Shown in pieces: positions 6,909 through 15,980 of a stretch of 39,533 bases of DNA. The number at the start of each line of letters is the position of its first letter. The stretch's first letter is position 1. The notes beneath the pieces were generated by a model. The model was given only the letters and a program-made list of their open reading frames with translations, had not been told where the DNA came from and made no database searches. Source of the stretch: a virus; IMG/VR virus record IMGVR_UViG_3300045988_094722; one strand, 5' to 3'. The position numbers and the translations under genes are program-made.

Positions 6909-7313
6909 ATGGCGTCAGGCAGCGGTTGGCAAGGCGGGTTTTCCGGAGCAGGCGGAGCGAAAAAAAGGAGAGAAAGCTATGAGAAGCCCTTTTCTGTCGA
7001 TGAGTTCAAATATTCCGGAACAGAAAAGCAAATCAAATACGCTCAAGATGTTATCCGTCAACCACTCGATTATGCAGACGCAAACATAAATCGTTACGAA
7101 ACGCTTGCGAGTCAGTCCAAAAGAGAGCAAACAAAAAAATCATACCTCGAAATGGCAGACGAATTTCGAGCGTTCAAACGAGATACGACACAGCAATTAA
7201 GAGGGATGGCAAAAACGGGGCAAACCGTTCAGGCGTCAAATGTTATAGATCACAAGCGCAGTTGGGATGGCGATTATATGTTCAACCAATGGAAGCGAAA
7301 CAAAAAAAGGTAG
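6909..7313 (+). CDS. Hypothetical protein P1 with Gly-rich/basic N-terminal leader (134 aa)
   Basis: ATG 9 nt after GGGAGG. The leader MASGSGWQGGFSGAGGAKKRRESY is shared with 8050.. and 8617... The gene is AT-richer than its surroundings. Confidence 0.7.
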   Translation: MASGSGWQGGFSGAGGAKKRRESYEKPFSVDEFKYSGTEKQIKYAQDVIRQPLDYADANINRYETLASQSKREQTKKSYLEMADEFRAFKRDTTQQLRGMAKTGQTVQASNVIDHKRSWDGDYMFNQWKRNKKR

Positions 7314-7328
7314 AAATGAGGTGAGCAC

Positions 7329-8057
7329 ATGGCACGGAGAAAGAAAGCAATGGACTTTTCTTCCCTCGACCTGAACCTTGATGCACTGGGCGACTGGGGA
7401 GGCGACGAGGAAAAGGCCGAGAAAGAGTTCATCCGCGCTGCAAAGCTGAACCTCTCCCCTGTCACATGGGACAACGCAGAAGCGGCAGCGGACGCGGTGG
7501 ACTACGACAAGGATTATTTTGCGCTCCTGAGTGGGCGCTTTATTTTTGGCGATTTCATCGAGGCGCTGGTCTACAAAAAAGAACTGCTGCCGCACCGGGT
7601 CTACATCACCACGCTGGGCATGAGCCGGGAAAACATAGACAGTATCGTCAACATTGCCGGGTATCTGGGTTGCGAGCAACTGAACCTGATCGTGTCAAAT
7701 TACTTTGTGGCAATGGAGCGGGCAAAGTTGGTACCCTACATGATCTCCCAGTTTACCGGGCAGCATATCAACGTGGCGGTGCTGGCATCGCATTGCAAGA
7801 TTTGCCTGATCGAGAGCGACAAGGGAAATCTGATCATCATGGGCAGCGCAAACCTATCCAGCTCCAACAACGTTGAGCAGATCATGCTGTTCCATGACGA
7901 CAAGCTTTTCCGCAAGATCAAAACGCTGCTGAACAGCATCATGAAAAAGTTCTGCATCCTGCGCGGATACAGCGGCAAGACGATTTTTGAGAACAACACC
8001 AACAACACCGGCAAAAAGGCGTTTGAAGCCGTAGAGGAGGGCATGACGGATGGCTAG
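7329..8057 (+). CDS. PLD-superfamily (single HKD-like motif) protein, putative nuclease
   Basis: ORF track. The motif HCKICLIESDKGNLIIMGSANLS (nt 7791-7853) resembles HxKx4Dx6GSxN. Confidence 0.7.
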   Translation: MARRKKAMDFSSLDLNLDALGDWGGDEEKAEKEFIRAAKLNLSPVTWDNAEAAADAVDYDKDYFALLSGRFIFGDFIEALVYKKELLPHRVYITTLGMSRENIDSIVNIAGYLGCEQLNLIVSNYFVAMERAKLVPYMISQFTGQHINVAVLASHCKICLIESDKGNLIIMGSANLSSSNNVEQIMLFHDDKLFRKIKTLLNSIMKKFCILRGYSGKTIFENNTNNTGKKAFEAVEEGMTDG

Positions 8058-8598
8058 AGGCTCAGGAGCATCCGGCTGGGGCGGCGGCTCTGGTGGTGGC
8101 GCAAAAGGGAGAAGAGAACAGTATGGAGACGGCTGGAAAAGCCTTGATAGCGAGTTGATAAGAAGGGCGGACGATTTTTCTTTGTTTGACGCAGGAAGTG
8201 CGACAAAGAGAGAATACGATGCAAACATAAAGAAAATAAAGCAGTCAAATCTTACCGAAAAAGAAAAGACTGATGCCGTTGATAAACTGCACCGCCTTAC
8301 CACGGAACAGTTAAAGTCGCAAACAAAAGTTGCAAATCCTTATGTATCCGGTGTTGCAAGGTTCAATCAAAAGCAAGTACAAAAGGCAGCAGATAGTACC
8401 GCACAAAAAAGGCAAAATGTCAATTCTTTCATGCGAGACGTGCAAAAAAAGTCTGCCGCAAATAAAAAAGCGGCAGAAACAAAATCCCTTTCCGCTGCGC
8501 TTGGATCTGCAATGGACAGCGGCGCGTTAGAAGTAACGTTCGGAGGGAAAACATATTACCGCGCGAGAAAAAATTCAAAAACATGGAGAATCAGGTAA
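8050..8598 (+). CDS. Hypothetical protein P2 with Gly-rich/basic N-terminal leader (182 aa)
   Basis: 8-nt overlap with the PLD gene, with GGAGG upstream. Leader MARGSGASGWGGGSGGGAKGRREQY. Confidence 0.75.
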   Translation: MARGSGASGWGGGSGGGAKGRREQYGDGWKSLDSELIRRADDFSLFDAGSATKREYDANIKKIKQSNLTEKEKTDAVDKLHRLTTEQLKSQTKVANPYVSGVARFNQKQVQKAADSTAQKRQNVNSFMRDVQKKSAANKKAAETKSLSAALGSAMDSGALEVTFGGKTYYRARKNSKTWRIR

Positions 8599-8616
8599 AG
8601 GGGGGGCAAGTAACTT

Positions 8617-8787
8617 ATGTCTGAACTTAGCGCAAGCACCGGATGGAACGGCGGCGGGGCAAAAAGCAGAGCCAAAGACAGGCGCAAGCTGTACGTCGCA
8701 AACCGCCGGGATACCAGGTGGTACAATCGCCGAACAGGCAGAGCGAAGCGGTATTCGAAGCCCGGCACACGGGATTTGGAGTTCTGA
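8617..8787 (+). CDS. Hypothetical very basic protein P3 with the same leader (56 aa)
   Basis: ATG after AGGGGGG. MSELSASTGWNGGGAKSRAKDRRKLY. I prefer this over the overlapping ORF 8643..8828 because of the paralogous leader. Confidence 0.5.
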   Translation: MSELSASTGWNGGGAKSRAKDRRKLYVANRRDTRWYNRRTGRAKRYSKPGTRDLEF

Positions 8788-8802
8788 GAGGGGGCGGACT
8801 GA

Positions 8803-9222
8803 GTGGCGCGGCACGTTCTGACCGATGAGGAGCGGCGCGCCGGGCAGTTCCGAAGCGGTGACGAAGCGGTGGCAAACGGCAAAAAAGGCGGCATCGCAAG
8901 CGGAGTCGCAAGACGTGCCCCAAGCCTTTCCAGCATCGCCAAGCGAATTGCCGCCGCTCCCATTACCAACAAAAAAAACAAGAAACAGATCCTCGAAGTC
9001 ATGGGCGGGGAAAAGGACGAAGAAATCACCAACAACGCCATGATCGTCATGGGCGTGTATATGTCCGCTGCATCCGGCGACATGAAAGCCGTGGAGAAGT
9101 GGGAAGAATGGACGCAGGAAGAAGCCTTTGCACAGGGCGACACCCCGGCGGACGAGTTGAGCAAGGCACTGTTCGAGATAAGCGATGGAGGAGAAAATGC
9201 CACTGGGTCAGAAACAACTTGA
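8803..9222 (+). CDS. terS: Terminase small subunit
   Basis: GTG start after GAGGGGG. Motif NGKKGGIASGVARR, and the position is immediately upstream of terL. Confidence 0.7.
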   Translation: MARHVLTDEERRAGQFRSGDEAVANGKKGGIASGVARRAPSLSSIAKRIAAAPITNKKNKKQILEVMGGEKDEEITNNAMIVMGVYMSAASGDMKAVEKWEEWTQEEAFAQGDTPADELSKALFEISDGGENATGSETT

Positions 9223-10426
9223 GATTCTGCGGTTCCGGCGGACATCCTACAGCTATCTCATCTGTGACGGTGCGGTTCGTTCCGGCAAGACCTCCCTCAT
9301 GATGGTGGGTTTCGTCGATGATGCGATGGAGCGATTCAACGCTCAGCGTTTCGGAATCTGCGGAAAAACCGTAGATAGTGCCATCAAGAACGTCATTGAG
9401 CCTTATATTTCCATGCGGTATGCGCAGCAGAGCTATCAGATCAAGTGGAGCCGCAGTGGAAAGATTCTGACCATCACAAAGGGCGGCGTGACCAACATCT
9501 TTGAGGTGTTCGGCGGAAAAGATGAAAGCAGCTATATGCTGATTCAGGGCCGCACTCTGGCGGGATGCCTGATTGATGAGGTGGTTTTGCAGCCGCGGTC
9601 GTTCGTGGAGCAGGCAATCACCCGTTGTTCCGTCACAGATTCGAAAATCTGGTTTTCCTGCAACCCGGCGGGAACACAGCACTGGTTTAACCAGGAGTGG
9701 ATTCTTCACGCAGAGGAGCGCAATGCGCTGCACCTGCATTTCGTTCTAACGGACAATCCGGGCTTGTCACCTGAGACCATCCAGCGGTATGAGCAGGCCT
9801 TTTCCGGCGTGTTCTACCGCCGGTACATTCTGGGCGAATGGGTTGACGCAGAGGGCCTTGTTTATCCATTCTTCGCGGCAAATGAGGACACATACTTATT
9901 CAAGGATTCCATTGCGGGTCTGGAAGGACGTTTTTTCGTCTCCATCGACTACGGAACACACAACCCTTGCAGCATGGGGCTTTGGGTGGTCAACAATGGC
10001 AAGGCTATCCGCATCAAGGAGAGCTATTACGACAGCACCAAGACCAAGGTGCAGCGCACGGACGAGGAGCATTACAGCGAGTTGGAGCGGCTTGTGAAAG
10101 GCTACTACATCCAATCCGTGATCGTTGACCCGTCCGCCGCGTCGTTCATCGAGACCATCCGGCGGCATGGGCGATTTGTGGTCATCCAGGCCAACAACGA
10201 CGTTATCAACGGCATCCGCTGCGTGGGGTCGCTGCTACAAGCTGGCCTTATCAAGATCCACGAGTCCTGCGCCGATTCCCGCCGGGAGTTCGGCCTATAT
10301 GCGTGGGATGAAAAGTCATCCGAAGATCGTGTGCTCAAGGAGTTTGATCACGCGATGGACGACATCCGATATTTCTGTTATACGATTTTTGCCCCGGAAG
10401 TTCGTTGGGCGGATTGGAGCCAATAA
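9185..10426 (+). CDS. terL: Terminase large subunit (PBSX/Terminase_3 type)
   Basis: Walker A DGAVRSGKTS, Walker B CLIDEV and a C-terminal nuclease region. The start could instead be 9197. Confidence 0.9.
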   Translation: MEEKMPLGQKQLEILRFRRTSYSYLICDGAVRSGKTSLMMVGFVDDAMERFNAQRFGICGKTVDSAIKNVIEPYISMRYAQQSYQIKWSRSGKILTITKGGVTNIFEVFGGKDESSYMLIQGRTLAGCLIDEVVLQPRSFVEQAITRCSVTDSKIWFSCNPAGTQHWFNQEWILHAEERNALHLHFVLTDNPGLSPETIQRYEQAFSGVFYRRYILGEWVDAEGLVYPFFAANEDTYLFKDSIAGLEGRFFVSIDYGTHNPCSMGLWVVNNGKAIRIKESYYDSTKTKVQRTDEEHYSELERLVKGYYIQSVIVDPSAASFIETIRRHGRFVVIQANNDVINGIRCVGSLLQAGLIKIHESCADSRREFGLYAWDEKSSEDRVLKEFDHAMDDIRYFCYTIFAPEVRWADWSQ

Positions 10427-11862
10427 TGTTCGACAAGCTGATTTCATGGCTGCGCGAAAAGGCACGGCAGCTGTTCGGGGAAAATACGACCGTGAGCGCG
10501 AACATTTCCGCGCCTATGGAAAACGCCGTCGAGCTTTGGGCGGATATGTACGACACCGGCGGCCCGTGGTGCCATAGCCTCAAGTCTGGCGACACGTTGC
10601 ACGGCATCGGGCTTCCGCAGAGCATTGCAAGCGAGCTGGCCCGGCTGACCACGCTTGAGATGGAGTGCATTGTTTCTGGCGGCGAGCGGGCCGACACCAT
10701 CAACGAGCTGATTCAACCGTTTATCGAGACCCTGCGGGCACCGGTGGAATACGGCTGTGCGCTGGGTGGAATCCTGTTCCGGCCAGTCATGGCCGCAGAT
10801 GGAACCATCAGCATCGACATGATTCAGGGCGACAGCTTTTGTCCGACCCATTTTGACAGCACCGGGCGGATGACCGGCGCAATCTTTTCCGAGCAGCTGG
10901 TAAAAGGAAATAAAATCTATACCAGGCTGGAAAATCATGAATACACCGACGGAAAGTATACCGTTGAGGTCAAGGCGTTCCGCTCGATGACCACGGCAGA
11001 TATCGGCCTAGAAGTTTCCTTGACCGAGGTTCCGGAGTGGGCGGACATCTCACCGACCAGCGTCGTGGACGGCGTTGACCGGCCATTGTGGGGCTATTTC
11101 AAGGTTTCTGGCAGTAACACCGTTGACCGACGGTCGCCTTTGGGCGTGAGCGTGTATGCCAACGCGGTCAAGCTGATCCGGGATTGTGATGAGCAATACG
11201 GGCGGTTGCTGTGGGAGTACGACGGCGGGCAACTGGCTCTTGATGTAGATCAGACCGCACTGCGGCCCACTCCAGACGGCGGTTCTGCGTTGCCACAGCG
11301 GGAACAGAGGCTCTATCGAAACTGGCTGAACGGCGGTTACGGGCAGGGCGGGCGCAACCTTTACGAGGTGTTCGCCCCCGGCCTGCGAGACGAAAACTAT
11401 AGGCGCGGTCTCGACACCATCCTCAAGCGGATCGAGTTCCAGTGTGGCCTTGCTTATGGCACCCTGTCAGACCCGCAGAACGTAGACAAGACCGCCGAGG
11501 AGATCCGCAGCAGCAAGCAGCGGAGCTATACCACAGTCAAGGATTTGCAACGGTCGCTCAAAATTGCTGTTACAGACCTGATTTATGCCATCGACGCGCT
11601 TATGACGTCCGCATGGCAAGAGGGAGCGGCGGTCGTATCTCCTAGTGAGTATGATGTGACGTTCGATTTTGACGACTCCATTATTTCCGATCCAAAGGAG
11701 CGCAAACAGATGTTCTGGGGCTACGTCACCGCCGGCAAGTTTCCATTCTGGCGGTATCTGGTCGAGTTTGAGGGATACAGCGAGGAAGAAGCCAAGGAGA
11801 TCGAGGCGGAGGCCAAAGACTCCCAGCAGCAACCAGGGCTTGAGTTTGGTGGTGATGCCTAA
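10426..11862 (+). CDS. Portal protein (SPP1 gp6-like)
   Basis: The ATG overlaps the terL TAA by 1 nt. Supported by size, gene order and sequence character. Confidence 0.85.
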   Translation: MFDKLISWLREKARQLFGENTTVSANISAPMENAVELWADMYDTGGPWCHSLKSGDTLHGIGLPQSIASELARLTTLEMECIVSGGERADTINELIQPFIETLRAPVEYGCALGGILFRPVMAADGTISIDMIQGDSFCPTHFDSTGRMTGAIFSEQLVKGNKIYTRLENHEYTDGKYTVEVKAFRSMTTADIGLEVSLTEVPEWADISPTSVVDGVDRPLWGYFKVSGSNTVDRRSPLGVSVYANAVKLIRDCDEQYGRLLWEYDGGQLALDVDQTALRPTPDGGSALPQREQRLYRNWLNGGYGQGGRNLYEVFAPGLRDENYRRGLDTILKRIEFQCGLAYGTLSDPQNVDKTAEEIRSSKQRSYTTVKDLQRSLKIAVTDLIYAIDALMTSAWQEGAAVVSPSEYDVTFDFDDSIISDPKERKQMFWGYVTAGKFPFWRYLVEFEGYSEEEAKEIEAEAKDSQQQPGLEFGGDA

Positions 11863-13034
11863 TGCTGCAACCGGATTATCTGGACCATGTACCAGACGAA
11901 ATGGTGCAGCTCTGGCAGACGGTCGAAGATGATATTTTGCGGGACGTCGCCCGAAGAATCGGCAAGATGGACGGCATGACACCAACGGCCAACTGGCAGC
12001 TCTGGCGTTATGAGCAGGTCGAGGCCGTCCGGGAAGATGTCATCAAGCTGCTGGCCAAGTACAGCGGAAAGAGCGAGCGCGAGATCCGGCGCATTCTGAA
12101 AGAAGCCTGCACCGCCGCGCTGGAAGCCGACGATGAGATCTATTACCACTACGGAAAGACCCCGACCCCGTTCGCGGAATCTTTGCCCCTGCAAAATCTT
12201 CTGAATGCTGGTTACAGGCAGACAAGCGGCACATGGAGTAATCTGACGGCTACGACCGCAAACACTGTCACGGGGGCCTTTGAACGTGTGCTGGATGAAG
12301 CATGGCTCAAGGTCAGTTCTGGGGCGTTCGATTACAAGAGCGCGGTCAAGACGGCAGTGGACACGCTGGCCGATGATATGCCCTATATCACCTACCCCAC
12401 CGGCCACACGGACACGCTGGAAGTAGCCGCACGGCGAGCCATCCTCACCGGAGTCAATCAGACTGCCGGGAAGCTGCAGGACGCGCGAATGAAGGAGCTT
12501 GGCGTGGAGTACGTCGAGACGACCGCCCACGGCGGCGCACGGCCTACCCATGCAGAGTGGCAGGGCAAGCGGTTCCATCTGGGCGGCGACAAGGTGCTTG
12601 ACGGCAAGATGTACAAGGATTTCGTGCGAGAAACCGGCTACGGCACCGGCGCAGGGCTTTGCGGCTGGAACTGCCGCCATCAATATTTTGCCTGTTTCCC
12701 AGAGCTGGGCGACCCTCCGTCATGGACGCAGGAAAGCCTTGAACAGCTCAACGCCCGCAATGTCGAGTATAACGGCCAGATGTACACCCAGTATGAGATA
12801 TCCCAGATGCAGCGCGCCCGCGAACGAAATGTGCGCAAGTGGAAACGGCGGTATCTGGCAGAAGATGCAGCAGGCAGCGACACAACGGCATCAGCAATTC
12901 GCTTGAAAGCCGCCCGCGAAAGCCTGAAGCAATTCACAAGGGACACCGGCGGGAAGCTCGACAGCGCCCGAACGATGGTTTCCGGATTTGGCCGCTCTCA
13001 GGCGGCGAGGGCTACCGTAAAAGCTCGAAAATGA
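11862..13034 (+). CDS. Head morphogenesis / minor capsid protein (SPP1 gp7, Mu F-like)
   Basis: Motif TTAHGGARPTHAEWQGKRF, and the position is directly after the portal gene. Confidence 0.85.
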   Translation: MLQPDYLDHVPDEMVQLWQTVEDDILRDVARRIGKMDGMTPTANWQLWRYEQVEAVREDVIKLLAKYSGKSEREIRRILKEACTAALEADDEIYYHYGKTPTPFAESLPLQNLLNAGYRQTSGTWSNLTATTANTVTGAFERVLDEAWLKVSSGAFDYKSAVKTAVDTLADDMPYITYPTGHTDTLEVAARRAILTGVNQTAGKLQDARMKELGVEYVETTAHGGARPTHAEWQGKRFHLGGDKVLDGKMYKDFVRETGYGTGAGLCGWNCRHQYFACFPELGDPPSWTQESLEQLNARNVEYNGQMYTQYEISQMQRARERNVRKWKRRYLAEDAAGSDTTASAIRLKAARESLKQFTRDTGGKLDSARTMVSGFGRSQAARATVKARK

Positions 13035-13040
13035 TTTTTA

Positions 13041-13071
13041 GCACCGTGCAAATTTTGCACAGTGCTTTTTT
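13041..13071 (+). terminator. Rho-independent terminator
   Basis: GCACCGTGCAA-att-TTGCACAGTGC (one mismatch) followed by TTTTTT. Confidence 0.7.
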
Positions 13072-13148
13072 GTTGCTTTCGCCTAATTGGTCAAGGCACC
13101 CGGCTCATAACCGGGCCCATGTGGGTTCGAGTCCCTCAAGCAGCACCA
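13072..13148 (+). tRNA. tRNA with CAT anticodon (Met, or Ile2 if lysidinylated)
   Basis: Cloverleaf with acceptor GTTGCTT/AAGCAGC, D arm GCCT-aattggtca-AGGC, anticodon arm CCCGG-CTCATAA-CCGGG, T arm GTGGG-TTCGAGT-CCCTC (one U.U), A73 and CCA. Confidence 0.85.
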
Positions 13149-13247
13149 CGCGGAGTCGGCGCGAAACCCCGACAAACCTGTAATCTCCAATGTGGACGAA
13201 AACCACGAGAAAAAACGCTGGACAGGACAGAACGAAAGGAGCAAACC

Positions 13248-13787
13248 ATGAAACGAGACGAAATCAAACAGATCATTCCAGGCATTACCCCGGAGCAGCT
13301 CGACAGCATTATGAACCTGCATAGTGCCGATGTGGGCGAGAAGGTCAACAAAATCAGCACCCTTGAAGCGGAGAAAACCACCCTTACCGCCCAACTGGAA
13401 GCCGCAAACGGCAAGCTGGAAGGGTATGACCCCGATTGGAAGACCAAGGCAGAGCAGGCCAAGACCGACGCGGCGAACCAGCTGGCAGAGATGCAGCGCG
13501 GCTTTGCCATCGAGAAAAAGGCCGGTGCCCTCAAGTTTTCCAGCGAGAGCGCGAAAAAGGCGTTTCTTGCCGATGCAAAGGCACAGAATTTTGCCATGAA
13601 GGACGGCGAGATTTTGGGTTTCGACGATTATGTCAAGACCTTCAAGGCCGCAGATCCAAGCGCGATCATCGCAAATGGTACGCTCCCGCGATTTACCGCG
13701 TCTGCTCCGGGAACTCCGGCGCAGGCATCCAACACGCACGAGGCCGCAAACGCAGCGTTCCGTTCGCTGTTTGCGGAGAAAGGTTAA
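13248..13787 (+). CDS. Scaffolding protein
   Basis: ATG after AAAGGAG. The sequence is coiled-coil rich and the gene lies directly upstream of the capsid gene. Confidence 0.8.
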   Translation: MKRDEIKQIIPGITPEQLDSIMNLHSADVGEKVNKISTLEAEKTTLTAQLEAANGKLEGYDPDWKTKAEQAKTDAANQLAEMQRGFAIEKKAGALKFSSESAKKAFLADAKAQNFAMKDGEILGFDDYVKTFKAADPSAIIANGTLPRFTASAPGTPAQASNTHEAANAAFRSLFAEKG

Positions 13788-13793
13788 TCCATT

Positions 13794-14723
13794 ATGGCAA
13801 CTAACATTATTGCCCGTACCGGCGCAGAAGCCCTTATCCGGGATCAGCTGATCAATACCATACAGCAGGATGTGCCGAAGTCCTCCATCGTCATGCAGCT
13901 GGCAACCCGCCTTGCAAACATGACCAGCAATCAGACCAAGATTCCCGTTCTGTCCATGCTGCCGCTGGCTTATTGGGTCAACGGCGACACCGGCATGAAG
14001 CAGACCAGCAAGCAGGAGTGGAAAAACGTCACCATGACCGCTGCAGAGCTGGCCGTGATCGTTCCCATCCCTGAAGCCGTGCTGGCGGATTCCAGCTTCG
14101 ACATCATGGGTGAGGTTCAGCCCCGTGTCCGTGAGGCGATGGCCGCGAAAATTGACGGCGCGGTTCTGTTCGGCAACGACAAGCCCACCGAGTGGACGAC
14201 CGACATCCTGACGCAGGCCACCGCCAACAAGGTCACAGGCCCTATCGACTACGCCAAGATTCTGGGCGACGGCGGCATGTTCGCCAAGGTCGAGGAAGGT
14301 GGTTTTGGTGTGGACGCTGTTGTGGGTGCTCTGTCCACCAAGGCACAGCTCCGTGGCCTGCTTGACAAGAACGGTCGGCCTCTTTTCCGCTCGGATATGC
14401 AGGGCGCAACCAACTACGCGCTGGACGGTGCACCGCTCTACTTCCCGGAGAACGGTTCCTTCGACGCTACCAAAGCGCTGATGATCGCAGGCAACTTCAA
14501 AAAGATCGTCTACTCCATCCGGCAGGACGTCACCGTGAAGATTCTGGATCAGGGCGTCATTCAGGACCCCTCGACCAAGGAGATCGTGTACAACCTCGCA
14601 CAGCAGGACATGGTCGCACTGCGCGTTGTTATGCGCATGGGCTGGGCTCTGCCGAACCCGTCCACCCGCCTGAACACCGACGGCAGCAAGGTGCCCTTCT
14701 CCTACATCGTCGCGGGGGAATGA
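13794..14723 (+). CDS. Major capsid protein (HK97 fold)
   Basis: ORF track; 309 aa; position and typical sequence character. Confidence 0.9.
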   Translation: MATNIIARTGAEALIRDQLINTIQQDVPKSSIVMQLATRLANMTSNQTKIPVLSMLPLAYWVNGDTGMKQTSKQEWKNVTMTAAELAVIVPIPEAVLADSSFDIMGEVQPRVREAMAAKIDGAVLFGNDKPTEWTTDILTQATANKVTGPIDYAKILGDGGMFAKVEEGGFGVDAVVGALSTKAQLRGLLDKNGRPLFRSDMQGATNYALDGAPLYFPENGSFDATKALMIAGNFKKIVYSIRQDVTVKILDQGVIQDPSTKEIVYNLAQQDMVALRVVMRMGWALPNPSTRLNTDGSKVPFSYIVAGE

Positions 14724-14744
14724 CAAGCCGGGAGGTAGCCGAAA

Positions 14745-15131
14745 ATGATCTACTGCACGTACAGCGATTATCAAGCCGCCGGGGGAAATCTCGAAGCGGC
14801 AACGTTTGACATCTACGCGGCCAGAGCTTCGCGTCTGATCGACGGCATCACATTCGGGAGGGCCGAAACCCATGTGGACGAGTGCGAACGCTGCCGAGCC
14901 GCGCTGTCGGACGCTTGTGTGCAGATCATCCAGCTTTTGACCGCAGCGCAGAACGCTGTTACGGCCAACGGCTACGCTCCCGGCGTATCCAGTGTATCCA
15001 ATGACGGCTATGCGGTAAGCTATACCAGCACCGGCAGCATGACGGCCACCGCCCGGAGCGAAGCGGCCGAAATCGTGCGCGAGTGCCTGGGCAACGACCC
15101 GCACGGTCTGCTGTACAGGGGGATTTGTTGA
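14745..15131 (+). CDS. Head-tail connector (gp6-like adaptor)
   Basis: Size and position after the capsid gene. Confidence 0.6.
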   Translation: MIYCTYSDYQAAGGNLEAATFDIYAARASRLIDGITFGRAETHVDECERCRAALSDACVQIIQLLTAAQNAVTANGYAPGVSSVSNDGYAVSYTSTGSMTATARSEAAEIVRECLGNDPHGLLYRGIC

Positions 15132-15132
15132 G

Positions 15133-15534
15133 ATGAACACATCGGTCACGATCATCAATCTCATCCATGATACGGCAACGGATAAGGATACACCAGTCTG
15201 CTGGGTATTCAATAACGCCACATGGCGGGAGACTTACGGCACGAGCGGAAACGGCACGGTCAAGGACCCGGCAAAGACCGTGCATGTCCGCATCATGGCC
15301 CGGCAGGGCGAACCGCCGTACATGCCCGCGTGGGCGTGGTATCAGCTCCCGGCGGATGCAAAACAAAAGGCATGGACACTGAAAAACGGCTGGATGATCG
15401 TCAAAGGTTCGATTCCGTCCATGACCATTGAGCAGTACAACCGCCTGAAGAAAAGCGCCGACTGCACCATGATCACATCATGGGCGGACGACCGGGAACA
15501 GTTTCTTCCGCACTGGCATATCTACGGAGGCTAA
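15133..15534 (+). CDS. Head-tail joining protein (Minor_capsid_1-like)
   Basis: Order and size; ends ...LPHWHIYGG. Confidence 0.6.
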   Translation: MNTSVTIINLIHDTATDKDTPVCWVFNNATWRETYGTSGNGTVKDPAKTVHVRIMARQGEPPYMPAWAWYQLPADAKQKAWTLKNGWMIVKGSIPSMTIEQYNRLKKSADCTMITSWADDREQFLPHWHIYGG

Positions 15535-15536
15535 CC

Positions 15537-15980
15537 ATGACCGAGTGGAAAAAGGGCAAAAACGGCCTGCTGCAAGTCAGCACACCCAAAGGTCGTGTCA
15601 TTTCCGTACGGCACAAAAACGGATCCGTCACAACAAAAATCGACTGGGCGGAAGGATTTGCGCGAGGAATGAACGTTGCAAGCAACACAACCCTCGCCAA
15701 GCTGACGCAGATCATCGCCCGCGATACGGACAAGTTTGTGCCGTTCCAGACCGGCATGTTGAAGAACACTGCCAACATTGCCAGCGACTATGACAACGGC
15801 CTGATCGTCTATTCCACGCCCTACGCCCGGCGGGAGTATTACTTGCACCCACAGGGCACTGACCTGCACGGAGACACCGGCTTGCGCGGTTCCTATTGGG
15901 GCCAGCGCAGCAAGGGCGCCAACATGTCAAGCTGGGAAACCACCGCCCATGCGCTGATGAAGAAGGAGAGCAAGAAATGA
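15537..15980 (+). CDS. Head-tail joining protein (Minor_capsid_2-like)
   Basis: Internal ATG after GGAGG. Motifs VPFQTGMLKNT and YSTPYARREYY. Confidence 0.65.
   Translation: MTEWKKGKNGLLQVSTPKGRVISVRHKNGSVTTKIDWAEGFARGMNVASNTTLAKLTQIIARDTDKFVPFQTGMLKNTANIASDYDNGLIVYSTPYARREYYLHPQGTDLHGDTGLRGSYWGQRSKGANMSSWETTAHALMKKESKK

Noticed and set aside
8643-8828. 61-aa ORF from the track in the gap before terS.
   Set aside because: The overlapping frame 8617..8787 has an SD and begins with the same Gly-rich leader as two neighbouring genes, so it is the better model. Neither frame is proven.
13083-15221. 712-aa minus-strand ORF antisense to the scaffold, capsid and connector genes. Similar long antisense ORFs occur at 925..1752(-), 19715..20956(-), 30822..31955(-), 32905..33960(+) and 38033..38767(-).
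   Set aside because: These are typical stop-poor antisense frames of GC-rich coding DNA. They have no SD, their composition is rich in Arg/Gly/Ala/Pro and resembles junk, and each is fully covered by a well-supported gene on the other strand.
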